The notes below the pieces were generated by a model that was not told the DNA's origin, did no database searches, and worked only from the letters and a program-made list of their open reading frames with translations. Below are positions 1 through 10,164 of a DNA stretch of 64,000 nt, one piece after another. The stretch comes from Candidatus Omnitrophota bacterium (lineage in GTDB: Bacteria; Omnitrophota; Gorgyraeia; B26-G9; JBDRCZ01): the NCBI GenBank assembly GCA_043821285.1, contig JBDRCZ010000043.1, forward strand, positions 2,903-66,902, written 5' to 3'. Numbering within the stretch: the stretch's first letter is position 1; each line of letters begins with the position of its first letter. The translations under genes and the position numbers were made by a program.

Positions 1-528
1 TGATTGGGGATATTCGCGGATAGATTTAGCTTTTGAAACGCAAAACGCAGTGATTCTTCTCTGCAAAAATCGGTATAATGTAATTTGCAATTTCGCACAC
101 GAATGTTTGGCGAGTTTATTTCCCAGTCAAAGAGGAAAGGGGATTTCCCTTTTAACGGCAATTCTAAATTTTCTAAGCTGATGATTTGTGCGGCAGATTT
201 TTCTGGACACACTAAGAATATAACCGGGTCGAAACATAATATTTTAGAATAAACCGCTCTTTTTTTTAATAACGGCAAAAGCCTATGCTTTAAACAAAGT
301 TCTTTAATAAAAATAAAATTATTATTTTCATACTCAAGCGTCAGATTGGTTATTTTCAGCCCCAGTAAAAGATGTACCGAGAGATCATCAAAGCTTACCT
401 TGGCTGCGGATAGCTTTTTAATTTCGCTAAGAATATTTTCTTTGAGGATGCCTTTATTTATTTGCGTAAATATTAGCGAAGCCGTATGGATGATCATAAA
501 AATAGTAATCAGAAATATTACAACGAAT

Positions 529-1080
529 TTAAGGTATAATTTTGTAGAAAAGTTGGTCATTTTTGTAGATTTCTATGCGATTAACATATTCGCGAAATTC
601 AAATTTATTGCCAAGGGGGGTAATTAATATTTTTCCTTTGTAGTCTTGGTAAGCGAGAAAAAAAGGTTTGTCATATAGCTCTTTCTTTACTTTATTAGTA
701 TAAGATTGAAATAATTTTAGATTGGCCGGGGATGTTGAAGTTATTTTTAATATGTAAATTTTTGCGCATATATTGTTAAGATCATCTGGGTATGCCGCTA
801 AATAGTTTTCAAAGTGCTCAAATGATTTTTGGTAGGATAGTAGTTCAAAATAACATTCACCTAAGCCAAACTCGGCATTTTTTGAGCATACAGAAGATGG
901 GTAAGTATAAAGAACATATCTTAGGTTGAGCAAGGCATATGGAACATTGCCGTTAATATATTCTGATTTTCCCTCTTTGAATGCCTTTGATGCCTTAAAG
1001 TTAATCGTAAATCCTGAAGCGGTAAAGAAAATTAATGCCAGTGTTAGTAAAAGTGTGAATTTTTGATTACGTATTTTCAT
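529..1080 (-). CDS. Hypothetical exported protein with an N-terminal signal peptide (183 aa)
   Basis: The ORF has a hydrophobic leader (MKIRNQKFTLLLTLALIFFTASG). I recognise no catalytic motif. Confidence 0.4.
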   Translation of the reverse strand: MKIRNQKFTLLLTLALIFFTASGFTINFKASKAFKEGKSEYINGNVPYALLNLRYVLYTYPSSVCSKNAEFGLGECYFELLSYQKSFEHFENYLAAYPDDLNNICAKIYILKITSTSPANLKLFQSYTNKVKKELYDKPFFLAYQDYKGKILITPLGNKFEFREYVNRIEIYKNDQLFYKIIP

Positions 1081-1408
1081 AATTCCATCTCCCGGTTAGT
1101 AACTGTGGTTCTGTTAAAAATAACCGACACTTTTAATAAGCAGCCATAGGTTACAAGTAATCAGATATTATTGTTTTAGCCACGGATTTACACAGATGTT
1201 GCATGAATAATAATCAAATTGTTTAACTTTGTTTTTTGACAGAATGACCATGATTTGCAAGATTTTTAATTATACGTGTTAATCCTATCTATATACTTTT
1301 GGTACGGCCATAAAAAAGATACTATTAGTATAGTGCGCATTTGAAGAAAAGTCAACTATTTGCTATTTAAAGTGATTATTGCTATAATAGCGAAAATACG
1401 GGAGAACT

Positions 1409-2368
1409 ATGATGCTTTTTTGGACAATGTTTAAAACAACGGTATTTGCGCTAAGCCCGATTTTTTTAATTAGTGTGCTCGGGGCCGTTTTTGCAAAAAG
1501 AAAGATATTTTCACAAAATATTATACAGGGATTGACCAATTTGCTGGTTAATATCTGTGCGCCAGCATTTATTTTCTATAAAATAGTAAATAATTTTGAT
1601 GCGGCGGTTGTTTCTACGTATACCATAGTTTTTTTGCTGAGCATAGTTATTTTAACGGCTGCGGGTTTTATGGCATTTTTATTTTTAAGCATAGATCGGC
1701 GTATTACACGTAAAAAAGAATTTTTGGCGATGTCTGCATTCTACAATTGTGGGTATCTGCCGATTGCCTTAATTGCCGTGTTGTTTGAAAAGGCGCAAGC
1801 GGAACAGGCATATATATATACATTTATAATGATGCTTGCTTGTTCAACTCTAATGTGGTCGGTTGGGGCAGGGCTAATCAGCAAGTCAGGCTTTTCCAGA
1901 ACAGGAATAAAAGATATATTAAATCCTCCGTTTTGTGCGGTGTTACTTGGGAGTTTGTTTGCTATAGGAAATTTTAAGTCCCTGATTCCTAATTTTTTCA
2001 TGCCGGGGCTAAAATTAATCGGAAGCAGTATTGTTCCCTTATCCATGTTTGTACTTGGGGTAACACTGGGGCATATGCGATTTGGTATTAGCCAGTTCAA
2101 ATATTCAATTATTTATCTGATTATGGGTAAACTTATAATTTTACCGCTATTGGCGCTAATTTTTGTAAAAATTATCAGCCTTGAGCGTACACTGAGTTTG
2201 GTCTTTGTGCTGCAAGCAGCCATGCCCACGGCCGCGAGTATTCCGATAATTTCACTAAAATGGGGAAATAGTTCAGAGTTTATAACGCAATCTACGGTAA
2301 TAAGCTATATAATTTGTATATTTACGATACCGTTATGTTTTACCCTGGCAGTATTGATTTTTAAGTAA
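1409..2368 (+). CDS. AEC-family membrane transporter (auxin-efflux-carrier / malate permease type)
   Basis: A 319-aa polytopic membrane protein with about 10 hydrophobic segments and the size and architecture typical of the PF03547 family. Confidence 0.55.
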   Translation: MMLFWTMFKTTVFALSPIFLISVLGAVFAKRKIFSQNIIQGLTNLLVNICAPAFIFYKIVNNFDAAVVSTYTIVFLLSIVILTAAGFMAFLFLSIDRRITRKKEFLAMSAFYNCGYLPIALIAVLFEKAQAEQAYIYTFIMMLACSTLMWSVGAGLISKSGFSRTGIKDILNPPFCAVLLGSLFAIGNFKSLIPNFFMPGLKLIGSSIVPLSMFVLGVTLGHMRFGISQFKYSIIYLIMGKLIILPLLALIFVKIISLERTLSLVFVLQAAMPTAASIPIISLKWGNSSEFITQSTVISYIICIFTIPLCFTLAVLIFK

Positions 2369-2627
2369 ATAAATGGTATAATATTTCTGTGGTAAAAAAA
2401 TATTACCGATTACTACAGCAAGCTGTAACCTGTAGCCAAATTACATTGGTGGGGTGCCTCAGCTGCTGAGTTTTTCGATTTATTAATCACCTCAGATTAT
2501 GTGACCACAGATGATCCCAGATATTAAAAATCAGAATAATCTGTGAAAATCTGTGGTTGCTTGTAATTTATGATTGTTGATTAAAAGTGTAACTGATTTT
2601 TGACAGAACATTGTTCAGGTTAGTGGT

Positions 2628-3077
2628 ATGACAGTAATAGCGACCAATAAGAAAGCTAAACGTGATTTTCACATACTTGAAGCAATTGAGGCGGGCATAG
2701 AACTACGTGGTACAGAGGTCAAGTCACTTCGACAAAAAAGGGCAAATTTACAGGATAGTTTTGCCAGAGTCGAAGGGAACCAGATTTACCTCTACAATAT
2801 GCATATCAGCCCGTACGAGCAGGGTAATCGTTTTAATGTTGACTCGATAAGGGTAAGAAAATTATTACTGCATAAGAAAGAAATCCAGCGCATAACTGGT
2901 AAAATTGCCGAGCGGGGGCTTACCTTAGTGCCGTTAAGGGTATATTTTAAAAGGGGTTTTGCCAAGATTGAACTGGCCATCGCAAAAGGCAAACGCCTGT
3001 ATGATAAAAGAGAACAACTACGGCGCAAAACAACCGAGCGGGAGATTGAGAGAGCGATTAAGGCGAGAAATAAATAA
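2628..3077 (+). CDS. smpB: SsrA-binding protein SmpB
   Basis: It has the SmpB N-terminus (KKAKRDFHILEAIEAGIELRGTEVKSLR) and a basic C-terminal tail. It lies immediately upstream of the tmRNA gene. Confidence 0.9.
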   Translation: MTVIATNKKAKRDFHILEAIEAGIELRGTEVKSLRQKRANLQDSFARVEGNQIYLYNMHISPYEQGNRFNVDSIRVRKLLLHKKEIQRITGKIAERGLTLVPLRVYFKRGFAKIELAIAKGKRLYDKREQLRRKTTEREIERAIKARNK

Positions 3078-3109
3078 ATAGGCATTTTTGTTGACACAAA
3101 AATGAATGA

Positions 3110-3279
3110 CAAATGTCAAAATCCAAATGACAAATGAATCATTAAATAAAAAAATGACCTGCCAAACGACACTGCGGGCAGGCAGATAAAGAAAACAGCG
3201 GTTATTTTTTTTCTTTTGAGGATTAGAATGTTTAAAGATTCATTTGAATTTTGTCATTTGGAATTTGTCATTCTTTAGT
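3110..3279. repeat. About 37-bp inverted repeat pair (CAAATGACAAAT-rich) flanking a roughly 90-bp segment between smpB and ssrA
   Basis: The sequence gaatgacaaatgtcaaaatccaaatgacaaatgaatc (3110-3146) is the reverse complement, with a few changes, of ttcatttgaattttgtcatttggaatttgtcattc (3245-3279). Confidence 0.5.
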
Positions 3280-3302
3280 TTGGATTTTGAAATTCAATAT
3301 GT

Positions 3303-3730
3303 GGGGGTGAAAGGTATCGACTTAGGGATATAGGCTTATGTGGCATGCCGAGGTTGTCGGGAGGCCTCGTAAAACACCTGACAAAAAACAAACGCTGAGA
3401 ATATAACTGTTCCAGCAACAGTGGATCAGCTAATTGAGAAGATTGGTACAGGAATTGCCAATCCAATCATGGCTGTTCCATTGGCCGTTGCTGTCTTAAG
3501 ATAAGGCAGCCCGTCAACTTGGCTTTTCCTGTGGGCTAAGGTTGACGTCATTAAGCAGGATAGTTGGGCGCGATTAGCCTTTAGGCGCCGAACGAATCTC
3601 AAAAAGGCTGCCGCATATAAAATCCCGTTTACTGGAGTTTATATGCCTAAGCGAAAACAGCAAACTAAGCATGTAGAAGCATAAGTTACGATCCCCAAGG
3701 ACGCGGGTTCGAATCCCGCCACCTCCACCA
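3303..3730 (+). ncRNA. ssrA: tmRNA (transfer-messenger RNA, ssrA)
   Basis: The 5' GGGGGTG can pair with the 3' CACCTCC just before a terminal ACCA. A tRNA-like T-arm (gcgGGTTCGAATCCcgc) lies at 3703-3719. The gene sits directly downstream of smpB. I could not identify the tag-peptide reading frame. Confidence 0.8.
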
Positions 3731-3733
3731 GAT

Positions 3734-3766
3734 TTTTGCCCGCCAAAGAACGTGGCGGGCAAAAAT
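3734..3766 (+). terminator. Hairpin terminator after ssrA
   Basis: The sequence ttttgcccgcca-aagaacg-tggcgggcaaaa forms a 12-bp GC-rich stem flanked by T and A runs. Confidence 0.55.
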
Positions 3767-4190
3767 CAGAACCCGCGTAAGGCGGGTGATCTAATGTTCA
3801 ATTGTTCAAAAAATAGTTAACATCTTGCCAGTAGTAATTCACTAAGTAATTCGAACCCGAAAAAAGAGTTTTAGGGAAAAAGATTGTTTTTCCCTATTCC
3901 GAATGATACTAATTCGTAAGAGTAACATCGGGATGCCGATGTGATTCTTGTTAGTGTTCCACATTCGGTATCAGCGTACTGGAACAACATTGGCGGAGGG
4001 AAGAAAAATATTAAAAGGAAACTGTCAGAGTTTCCTTTTAAGGAGTGAAACCCAGCCACTGATATTGAGTGTTAGATAAACAAAAAATAAAATATAGTCT
4101 AAATATCACATAGTATAACATCAAGAACAACAACAAGAATATAGTGCATTGGATTGAACAATTATTTGCATTCTAAGAAGGCATTTAACA

Positions 4191-4661
4191 ATGTGGGAAC
4201 TTATTATTGGCGGTATTCTTGCTACGGTGGGAGGTATGGTAAGTATATGGTTTCAGGCAAAGAACGCCAGAAAGATAAGAATGGATGAAATAATTGCTGA
4301 AAAAAAGATAGTTGCAAATAATGAAGCATATATAAGAACCAAGAGGATTGAATCAATGTTAATACAGAGTTATAACATGGAAGATGTTAGAAATAAAATG
4401 CAGGACTATGAAGAGTGGTTTTTTACTAATTGCCTTTTTTTACCACGAGAATTTTCTAATAAATGGTTAACTTTGAAGATTAATGTCTCTAAAGTATGTA
4501 GAATGATGAAAAAGATTCCCTTTGAGGTCGAAAAAATAATAAAATTAGAGGGACAACTCAGTAGATTAGTGCGAGAGGCTAAAGACATAATTTATAAAGA
4601 AATGGGGCTTACAAGAATGAAAGTCGAGAATTTGCCTGAAGAAAACGATATTAACAACTAA
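4191..4661 (+). CDS. Hypothetical membrane-anchored protein (156 aa)
   Basis: The ORF has an N-terminal transmembrane helix (LIIGGILATVGGMVSIW). I recognise no domain. It is the first gene after ssrA. Confidence 0.35.
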   Translation: MWELIIGGILATVGGMVSIWFQAKNARKIRMDEIIAEKKIVANNEAYIRTKRIESMLIQSYNMEDVRNKMQDYEEWFFTNCLFLPREFSNKWLTLKINVSKVCRMMKKIPFEVEKIIKLEGQLSRLVREAKDIIYKEMGLTRMKVENLPEENDINN

Positions 4662-4724
4662 ACGATATAAGTATTATCGAGGGACAACGTTAACTATAGT
4701 AAGACAAATAAACGCGTCCATTAC

Positions 4725-5501
4725 ATGAAAAAGATATTTTTATTAATACTCATAGCAATATTTTTAGCAGGTTGTGCAACGATGCCTTATGTGTATTTAA
4801 GGTCGGATGTTTTTGCTGATTCTAAGACTGTCAGTTCGATATATATCATGCCGGTGGTAATAGAAGTTAAGGTTGATTCACAGTTTAGTATTAAACAAAA
4901 TAAACTGCAGGATTATCTGTATAAAAAAGAAAATATGATTAATGAGTTTGTTGCGTTGGAGTTTGAAAAAAGAGGATATAAAATTGTCCGTCAGAATAAA
5001 AAGTACCGCGAGTTGGATTTAGATAATCAGAATGATAAAATAGTTAAATTGGCTTTGCAGGAATTTTTAGCCTCGCCAACCAAAACCTACAGCGATGATT
5101 TAGATGTTTTTTTAAAAACAATTATTGCCGGAGAAAGGATACTTACTGATAAAGCCGGAAATGAAAAAAAGGTAGATTTTAAAAAAGTGATGGAACAAGA
5201 GGAAAAAAAAGGCGATGAGCCGCTGGTTAAGCAAACTTTAAAAATGAAAGACGTTATTCCGGAATTTATTGATACGGTACTATACATAGAAATTGAAAGT
5301 TTTATTGCTAACCGCGGCCTTTTTAATAGACTTCAGGAAAAAAGTACGGCAACGGTAAAAATGAAGCTTGTTAGTCTCAAAGAAGAAAAGGTGATTTTTT
5401 CTTACGGTGAGGAGCGGCACAAAAGAGATATTTTTCACGGGAAATCGTTTAGAAATGTTTTAATTGATATGCTGGAAAAAATCCCGATTAAAATAAAATA
5501 A
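4725..5501 (+). CDS. Lipoprotein (258 aa)
   Basis: It has a signal peptide with a lipobox (LAGC). An internal 133-bp segment is duplicated at 16268-16400. Confidence 0.55.
   Translation: MKKIFLLILIAIFLAGCATMPYVYLRSDVFADSKTVSSIYIMPVVIEVKVDSQFSIKQNKLQDYLYKKENMINEFVALEFEKRGYKIVRQNKKYRELDLDNQNDKIVKLALQEFLASPTKTYSDDLDVFLKTIIAGERILTDKAGNEKKVDFKKVMEQEEKKGDEPLVKQTLKMKDVIPEFIDTVLYIEIESFIANRGLFNRLQEKSTATVKMKLVSLKEEKVIFSYGEERHKRDIFHGKSFRNVLIDMLEKIPIKIK
5103..5235. repeat. Left copy of a 133-bp direct repeat (about 97 percent identical to 16268-16400)
   Basis: Direct alignment shows 4 mismatches in 133 bp. The repeat is internal to the lipoprotein gene. Confidence 0.85.
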
Positions 5502-5650
5502 ATATCACGCAAAGCCGCAGAGCACACAGAGAAAGAAATAAGCACGTACAGGGCATGTAGAGCAGGAAGATATAAATTAAAAGAAAGTTTGGAGCGGTAT
5601 TTTCCACAAGGTCATCTACGTAAAAAATGGGAGATGTTAGAAATTAGAAT

Positions 5651-6154
5651 ATGATACTACAATATCTGTTCATAGCACTTAGAGGAAATAATCCTTTTAC
5701 AATAATTAAAGCTCAACAATTGTTTGCAAAATATGGGTGTAAAGTTAGCCTTAATAAGTTAGAAGCGCACTATATTGTATCGAAAGAAACGAACTCGTGG
5801 GATGAATTTATAGATGCTGCAAAAATAATTTTCGAACGGGACGAGCAAATGAATTTTGAAAAGTTATGTGCTTTACATATGGCCGGTCATATTACTAAAA
5901 TAAAAAATGGGAAGAGATTGGATGAGATCGAAAAAGAAATAGCTATAAGATACGAACAGGAAATTAGAGAAAAGGGGCTTGAAGGGTATAATAAAACGAA
6001 GGTTCAGAAATTAATAAAGTGGGCACTAAAATTGATGATGAAAAATAAAGAAAAACAGGTAAAAATAGAAGAGGCAATCAAGAGGTATTCTTTGTCTGAA
6101 ATAGATGTTGCCTATATAAAAGAATATTATGGTCATATTTTTGAGAAAGAATAG
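5651..6154 (+). CDS. Hypothetical protein (167 aa), first gene of the XRE-RadC-hsdRMS string
   Basis: A complete ORF in the same orientation and immediately upstream of the HTH gene. I recognise no motif. Confidence 0.35.
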   Translation: MILQYLFIALRGNNPFTIIKAQQLFAKYGCKVSLNKLEAHYIVSKETNSWDEFIDAAKIIFERDEQMNFEKLCALHMAGHITKIKNGKRLDEIEKEIAIRYEQEIREKGLEGYNKTKVQKLIKWALKLMMKNKEKQVKIEEAIKRYSLSEIDVAYIKEYYGHIFEKE

Positions 6155-6184
6155 CCGGGGCAAGAGAAAAGTGGAGAAAAAAAT

Positions 6185-6376
6185 ATGCTCTCAGCAAATA
6201 TTAAAAAACTAAGAAAAAACACGCTATCCCATGAGCAACTTGCCCAGAAAGCCGGAATAACCTGCAGCACTCTTATCAAAATTGAATCCGGTCAAAACAA
6301 AAACCCGACCCTTGAAACAATCACAAAAATCGTAAATGCTTTTGGGGTTAAGATATATGAATTGGTGGGCGAATGA
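6185..6376 (+). CDS. XRE-family helix-turn-helix transcriptional regulator (63 aa)
   Basis: It has a Cro/C1-type HTH (LSHEQLAQKAGITCSTLIKIESGQNKNPTLETITKI). Its stop codon overlaps the radC start codon. Confidence 0.7.
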   Translation: MLSANIKKLRKNTLSHEQLAQKAGITCSTLIKIESGQNKNPTLETITKIVNAFGVKIYELVGE

Positions 6377-7095
6377 TCAGTTCTCAGAAAAGTACGAGCG
6401 CTATTCCTACATGGCCGGAAGAAGATAGGCCAAGAGAAAAGTTATTAAAAAATGGTGAACATACGCTAAGTGATTCTGAACTATTGGCGATTCTTTTAAG
6501 AACCGGCACAAAAGGACAAAGTGCAATAGATTTAGCAAGAAAAATATTACATAAGTTTAAGTCATTTCGCAAGATGAGCCATACTGATAAGAGAGAATGG
6601 ACTGAATTTAAGGGGTTGGGCATGGCAAAAATTGCTCAACTAAGAGCGGCTCTGGAAATTGCCCGCCGTTTTAACTATTATGAGAATAACAGTGTTAAAA
6701 AACCAATGTTACAATATACCGAAGAAGTGGTAGATATGTTTAAAGCAAGAATGAGGGATCTCAAATATGAAGTTTTTAAAGTAATCTTATGTGATACTAA
6801 AAACAGGATTCTCGATGTTGTTGAAATTGCGCAGGGTACTCCCGTGGAATCTTACCCAATAATACGAGAAATAATTTCAAAGGCATTACAAAGTTTTGCT
6901 GCCGGGATTATTTGCGTGCATAATCATCCACAGGGAGAGCCAGAACCAAGTAAAGACGACGAACTTTTTACAACCCAACTAAGGCAAACCTGTAAGCCAA
7001 TGGGAATCAGGCTGCTTGACCATATAATATTTGGCACCGATGAATTTTATAGTTTTGATAAAAACTGCTCTAATAGGTATAGTAAAATATGTTAA
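6373..7095 (+). CDS. radC: RadC-like JAB/MPN domain protein (UPF0758)
   Basis: It has the N-terminal helix-hairpin-helix region (SDSELLAILLRTGTKGQSAIDLA) and the JAMM motif HNHPQGEPEPSKDD. It overlaps the hsdR start codon. Confidence 0.85.
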   Translation: MISSQKSTSAIPTWPEEDRPREKLLKNGEHTLSDSELLAILLRTGTKGQSAIDLARKILHKFKSFRKMSHTDKREWTEFKGLGMAKIAQLRAALEIARRFNYYENNSVKKPMLQYTEEVVDMFKARMRDLKYEVFKVILCDTKNRILDVVEIAQGTPVESYPIIREIISKALQSFAAGIICVHNHPQGEPEPSKDDELFTTQLRQTCKPMGIRLLDHIIFGTDEFYSFDKNCSNRYSKIC

Positions 7096-9887
7096 GTGAA
7101 AATTTATCAGAACATCAAACCAGAAAAAAGATAATTGACGGTTTGTTAGAGTCTGCGGATTGGCATTTAAACAATAAAGCTGAAGTAGTAGAGGAGTTTG
7201 AGATAATTGGTGCCAGTGCATCGCAATATAAGATTGCTCAAAAGGAAACGGCATTTAATCCTTCCGGATTTTCAGACTATCTTCTTCTTGACCGCGCCGG
7301 CGAGCCTTTAGCAGTGGTTGAGGCTAAAAAGACATCACGCGATCCTATTGCTGGTAAACAGCAGGCCGAAGATTATGCAGAGGGTATAAAAAAGGCCATT
7401 GGAACAGATCCCTTTATTTTTCTGACTAATGGGTACGAATTATGGTATTGGAATAGACAGTATTATGTTCCATCAATGGTGCATGGGTTCTTTACGCGGC
7501 ACGACCTGGAGCGTTTACGATACCAAAATCAGTTCAAAAAAGATCCGCATTCTATTTCTATTAAACCATCGATTATAGATAGAGATTATCAAATTGAAGC
7601 GGTAAAACGTGTCTTTGACGGTCTTATTAAAAATAGGCGAAAATTTTTGTTAGTTATGGCTACCGGGACCGGAAAGACAAGGACCGCTATGGGATTAATA
7701 GATGTGCTTATGCGGGCAGGATGGTGTCAGAGGGTATTGTTTTTAGTAGATAGAGAGGCGCTGGCAATACAAGCCTTTAGCGATGGATTTAAGCAGCATC
7801 TTCCAAATGAATCGCGCTGTTACATAAAAAGTCGTATGGTTGATACATCAAGTCGTCTTTTCGTAGGAACAATACAGACAATGATGGAATGTTTTCATAA
7901 AATTTCACCAGGCTTTTTTGATCTTATCATTGCAGATGAATGCCACCGCTCAATATATAATAAGTGGAAAGACGTATTAAGCTATTTTTATGCGATTCAG
8001 GTTGGCCTCACAGCAACACCTTCAGATTATATCGAGAGAGATACTTTTAAGTTTTTTGATTGTTTTGAAAATGCCCCCACATTTAACTATACATATGATT
8101 GTGCCATACAAAACCGACATTTAGTTGATTTTAGGCCTCCGTATGCTGCCCAGACAAATTTTCAAATAATTGGGATCAAGGCAAGTGAGCTGCCTCCGAG
8201 CATTCAGAAAAAGCTTATTGAAGAAGGATTAACCTTGGAGGACATAAATTTTGAAGGCACAGACTTAGAGAAAAAGGTTACAAACATAGGTACCAATGAA
8301 TCATTAGTAAGAGAGTTCATGGAATTTTGTATTAAAGACGATTCAGGCGTGCTTCCAGGCAAGTCGATTATATTTGCAATTTCACATAACCATGCAAACA
8401 GGCTATGGAAGGTGTTTGACAGGCTTTATCCTGAATACAAGGGGCGGCTTGTTGAAATCATTGATTCGAAAATGGAACGGCCGATGAAACTTTTAGCAAA
8501 ATTTAAAAACGAAAGCTATCCGCGCGTTGCCATTTCTGTAGATATGCTTGATACCGGAGTGGATATTCGTGAAGTTGTCAATCTTGTGTTTGCAAAACCA
8601 GTATTCAGTAAGATTAAATTCTGGCAAATGATCGGCAGGGGGACACGGACATTAGAAAAAGAACTTAATAAAAGAAAGCCGTGGTGTATGCACAAAGACA
8701 AGTTTCTTATTATGGACCACTGGAATAATTTTGAATATTTCGGAGAAAAACCCCAGGGTGAATTACCTCCTGTTCAAGATGCGGTACCGGTTAAGATATT
8801 TAAAATACGCTTGATTAAACTAAAAATTTTCCAAGACAGAAAAGATGACCAACACTTTGAAAAAACAAAAGTTCTTATAATAAAAGATATAAAAGATTTA
8901 CCCGAAAATTCCATTACCGTGAGGGAAAATAAGCGCAATATCGACAAAGCCTTGTCAGGCCAAATATGGAAAGACCTTGACAGAAAATCATTAGAATTTT
9001 TAGAAAAGATGATCGCTCCGCTTATGAGGTTTAAAAGCGATTTCAATCTCTATGAAGCGCAATTTATTCTAAAAACTGAAAAAACCAGCCTTGCGGTATT
9101 GCAGTCTAACGCAGAAGAGATAAAACGGAACAAAGAGGCAATTATCAATGACATCAAACTGCTCCCGAGGAATTTAAGCGCGGTTAGAGCAAAAGAAGAA
9201 TGCATGAATAAGATATTATCTGAAAAATTCTGGGAGGATACAACAATAGAAAAATGTGACTATATCAGAGAAAATCTAAGTGCGATAATGAGACATAAAT
9301 TACTGGAGGAACGAGAGGTAGTTAAGCTGGATTTAGATGACTTAATAGCTGAAAGACGATGGATTGCATTTGGGCCGGAAGGCGAAGGCGATTATGTCGA
9401 AAACTACAAAGAGAAGGTTGAAAAGAAGGTTTTAAGCATAGTAGAGTCGCATCCGGCGTTAAATAAGATAAAAAACGATATCCCAATCACTGAAAAGGAC
9501 CTGGCAGATTTAGAAGATACGTTAAACAGCCCTAAATTATACATTACTGAAGAAAATCTACGCAAGACCTACCGTCAACCCTATGGCACATTTATACAAT
9601 TTTTAAAGTTTATTCTGGGGAAATATAAGTTTCCTAATCCGGAGGACATGATCAATGAATCCTTTAACACTTACGTTATAGAACGCAATAACACCAACAC
9701 GCTGTCAAGCGAGCAGATAAGGTTCTTAAGGACAGTCAAAAACGTATTTGCCCAAAAAAAACATATAGAATTTGAAGATCTATTTGAGCCGCCGTTTACG
9801 CAGTTTGGTGCAGATGCGGCGACACGGCTTTTTTCTGAAGAAGAATTGCAAGAAGTTATAGAAATATTTAATAGTATAAAAATTTAG
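7089..9887 (+). CDS. hsdR: Type I restriction enzyme R subunit (HsdR)
   Basis: The N-terminal PD-(D/E)xK nuclease is present (DYLLLD...VVEAKK). It has helicase motif I (MATGTGKT) and motif II (IIADECHRS) followed by a long C-terminal region. hsdM and hsdS follow. Confidence 0.9.
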   Translation: MLSENLSEHQTRKKIIDGLLESADWHLNNKAEVVEEFEIIGASASQYKIAQKETAFNPSGFSDYLLLDRAGEPLAVVEAKKTSRDPIAGKQQAEDYAEGIKKAIGTDPFIFLTNGYELWYWNRQYYVPSMVHGFFTRHDLERLRYQNQFKKDPHSISIKPSIIDRDYQIEAVKRVFDGLIKNRRKFLLVMATGTGKTRTAMGLIDVLMRAGWCQRVLFLVDREALAIQAFSDGFKQHLPNESRCYIKSRMVDTSSRLFVGTIQTMMECFHKISPGFFDLIIADECHRSIYNKWKDVLSYFYAIQVGLTATPSDYIERDTFKFFDCFENAPTFNYTYDCAIQNRHLVDFRPPYAAQTNFQIIGIKASELPPSIQKKLIEEGLTLEDINFEGTDLEKKVTNIGTNESLVREFMEFCIKDDSGVLPGKSIIFAISHNHANRLWKVFDRLYPEYKGRLVEIIDSKMERPMKLLAKFKNESYPRVAISVDMLDTGVDIREVVNLVFAKPVFSKIKFWQMIGRGTRTLEKELNKRKPWCMHKDKFLIMDHWNNFEYFGEKPQGELPPVQDAVPVKIFKIRLIKLKIFQDRKDDQHFEKTKVLIIKDIKDLPENSITVRENKRNIDKALSGQIWKDLDRKSLEFLEKMIAPLMRFKSDFNLYEAQFILKTEKTSLAVLQSNAEEIKRNKEAIINDIKLLPRNLSAVRAKEECMNKILSEKFWEDTTIEKCDYIRENLSAIMRHKLLEEREVVKLDLDDLIAERRWIAFGPEGEGDYVENYKEKVEKKVLSIVESHPALNKIKNDIPITEKDLADLEDTLNSPKLYITEENLRKTYRQPYGTFIQFLKFILGKYKFPNPEDMINESFNTYVIERNNTNTLSSEQIRFLRTVKNVFAQKKHIEFEDLFEPPFTQFGADAATRLFSEEELQEVIEIFNSIKI

Positions 9888-10109
9888 GAGTTTATATGAA
9901 ATCATTCTATGTTTTATCATTATACAACCGTCAGGTCTGGATTTTGGAAGAAAATGGAAAATGCGATTGTTGAAAAAAGCCCGATGGTACAAAGATCGTA
10001 AGATTTAAACCGGTACCAGCTAAAGACACCCCTGTTTTTATGAAAGCAACAATAGAACTTTATAATGACGGTATAAAGGAAAACAAACTGAACAAAAGCA
10101 GGTATACTA

Positions 10110-10150
10110 ATCTATAAAGTAGGTATTATATTAATAAAATTACCTACTTT
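10110..10150. promoter_or_regulatory. A 9-bp perfect inverted repeat (aagtaggta...tacctactt) in the hsdR-hsdM spacer
   Basis: The hairpin or operator is visible in the sequence and sits 15 nt upstream of the hsdM start. Confidence 0.35.
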
Positions 10151-10164
10151 ATGAGGGGATTAAA

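Noticed and set aside
346-627. 93-aa plus-strand ORF
   Set aside because: It overlaps the 3' end of the better-supported minus-strand gene 529-1080, has no RBS and has low-complexity translation, so it is probably spurious.
3380-3504. tmRNA tag-peptide reading frame
   Set aside because: I could not find a frame ending in a canonical ALAA-like tag. The candidate frames end in ...LAVAVLR* or ...WPLLS*. This is left unresolved rather than guessed.
3574-3762. 62-aa minus-strand ORF containing GGGGGIRTRV
   Set aside because: It is the antisense translation of the tmRNA T-arm/acceptor region and terminator, so it is not a gene.
3841-4080. Hairpin-rich non-coding stretch after ssrA as a candidate sRNA or ribozyme
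   Set aside because: It has several short hairpins (gggaaaaa/tttttccc, catcgg/ccgatg, aggaaact/agtttcct), but I recognise no family and have no conservation evidence.
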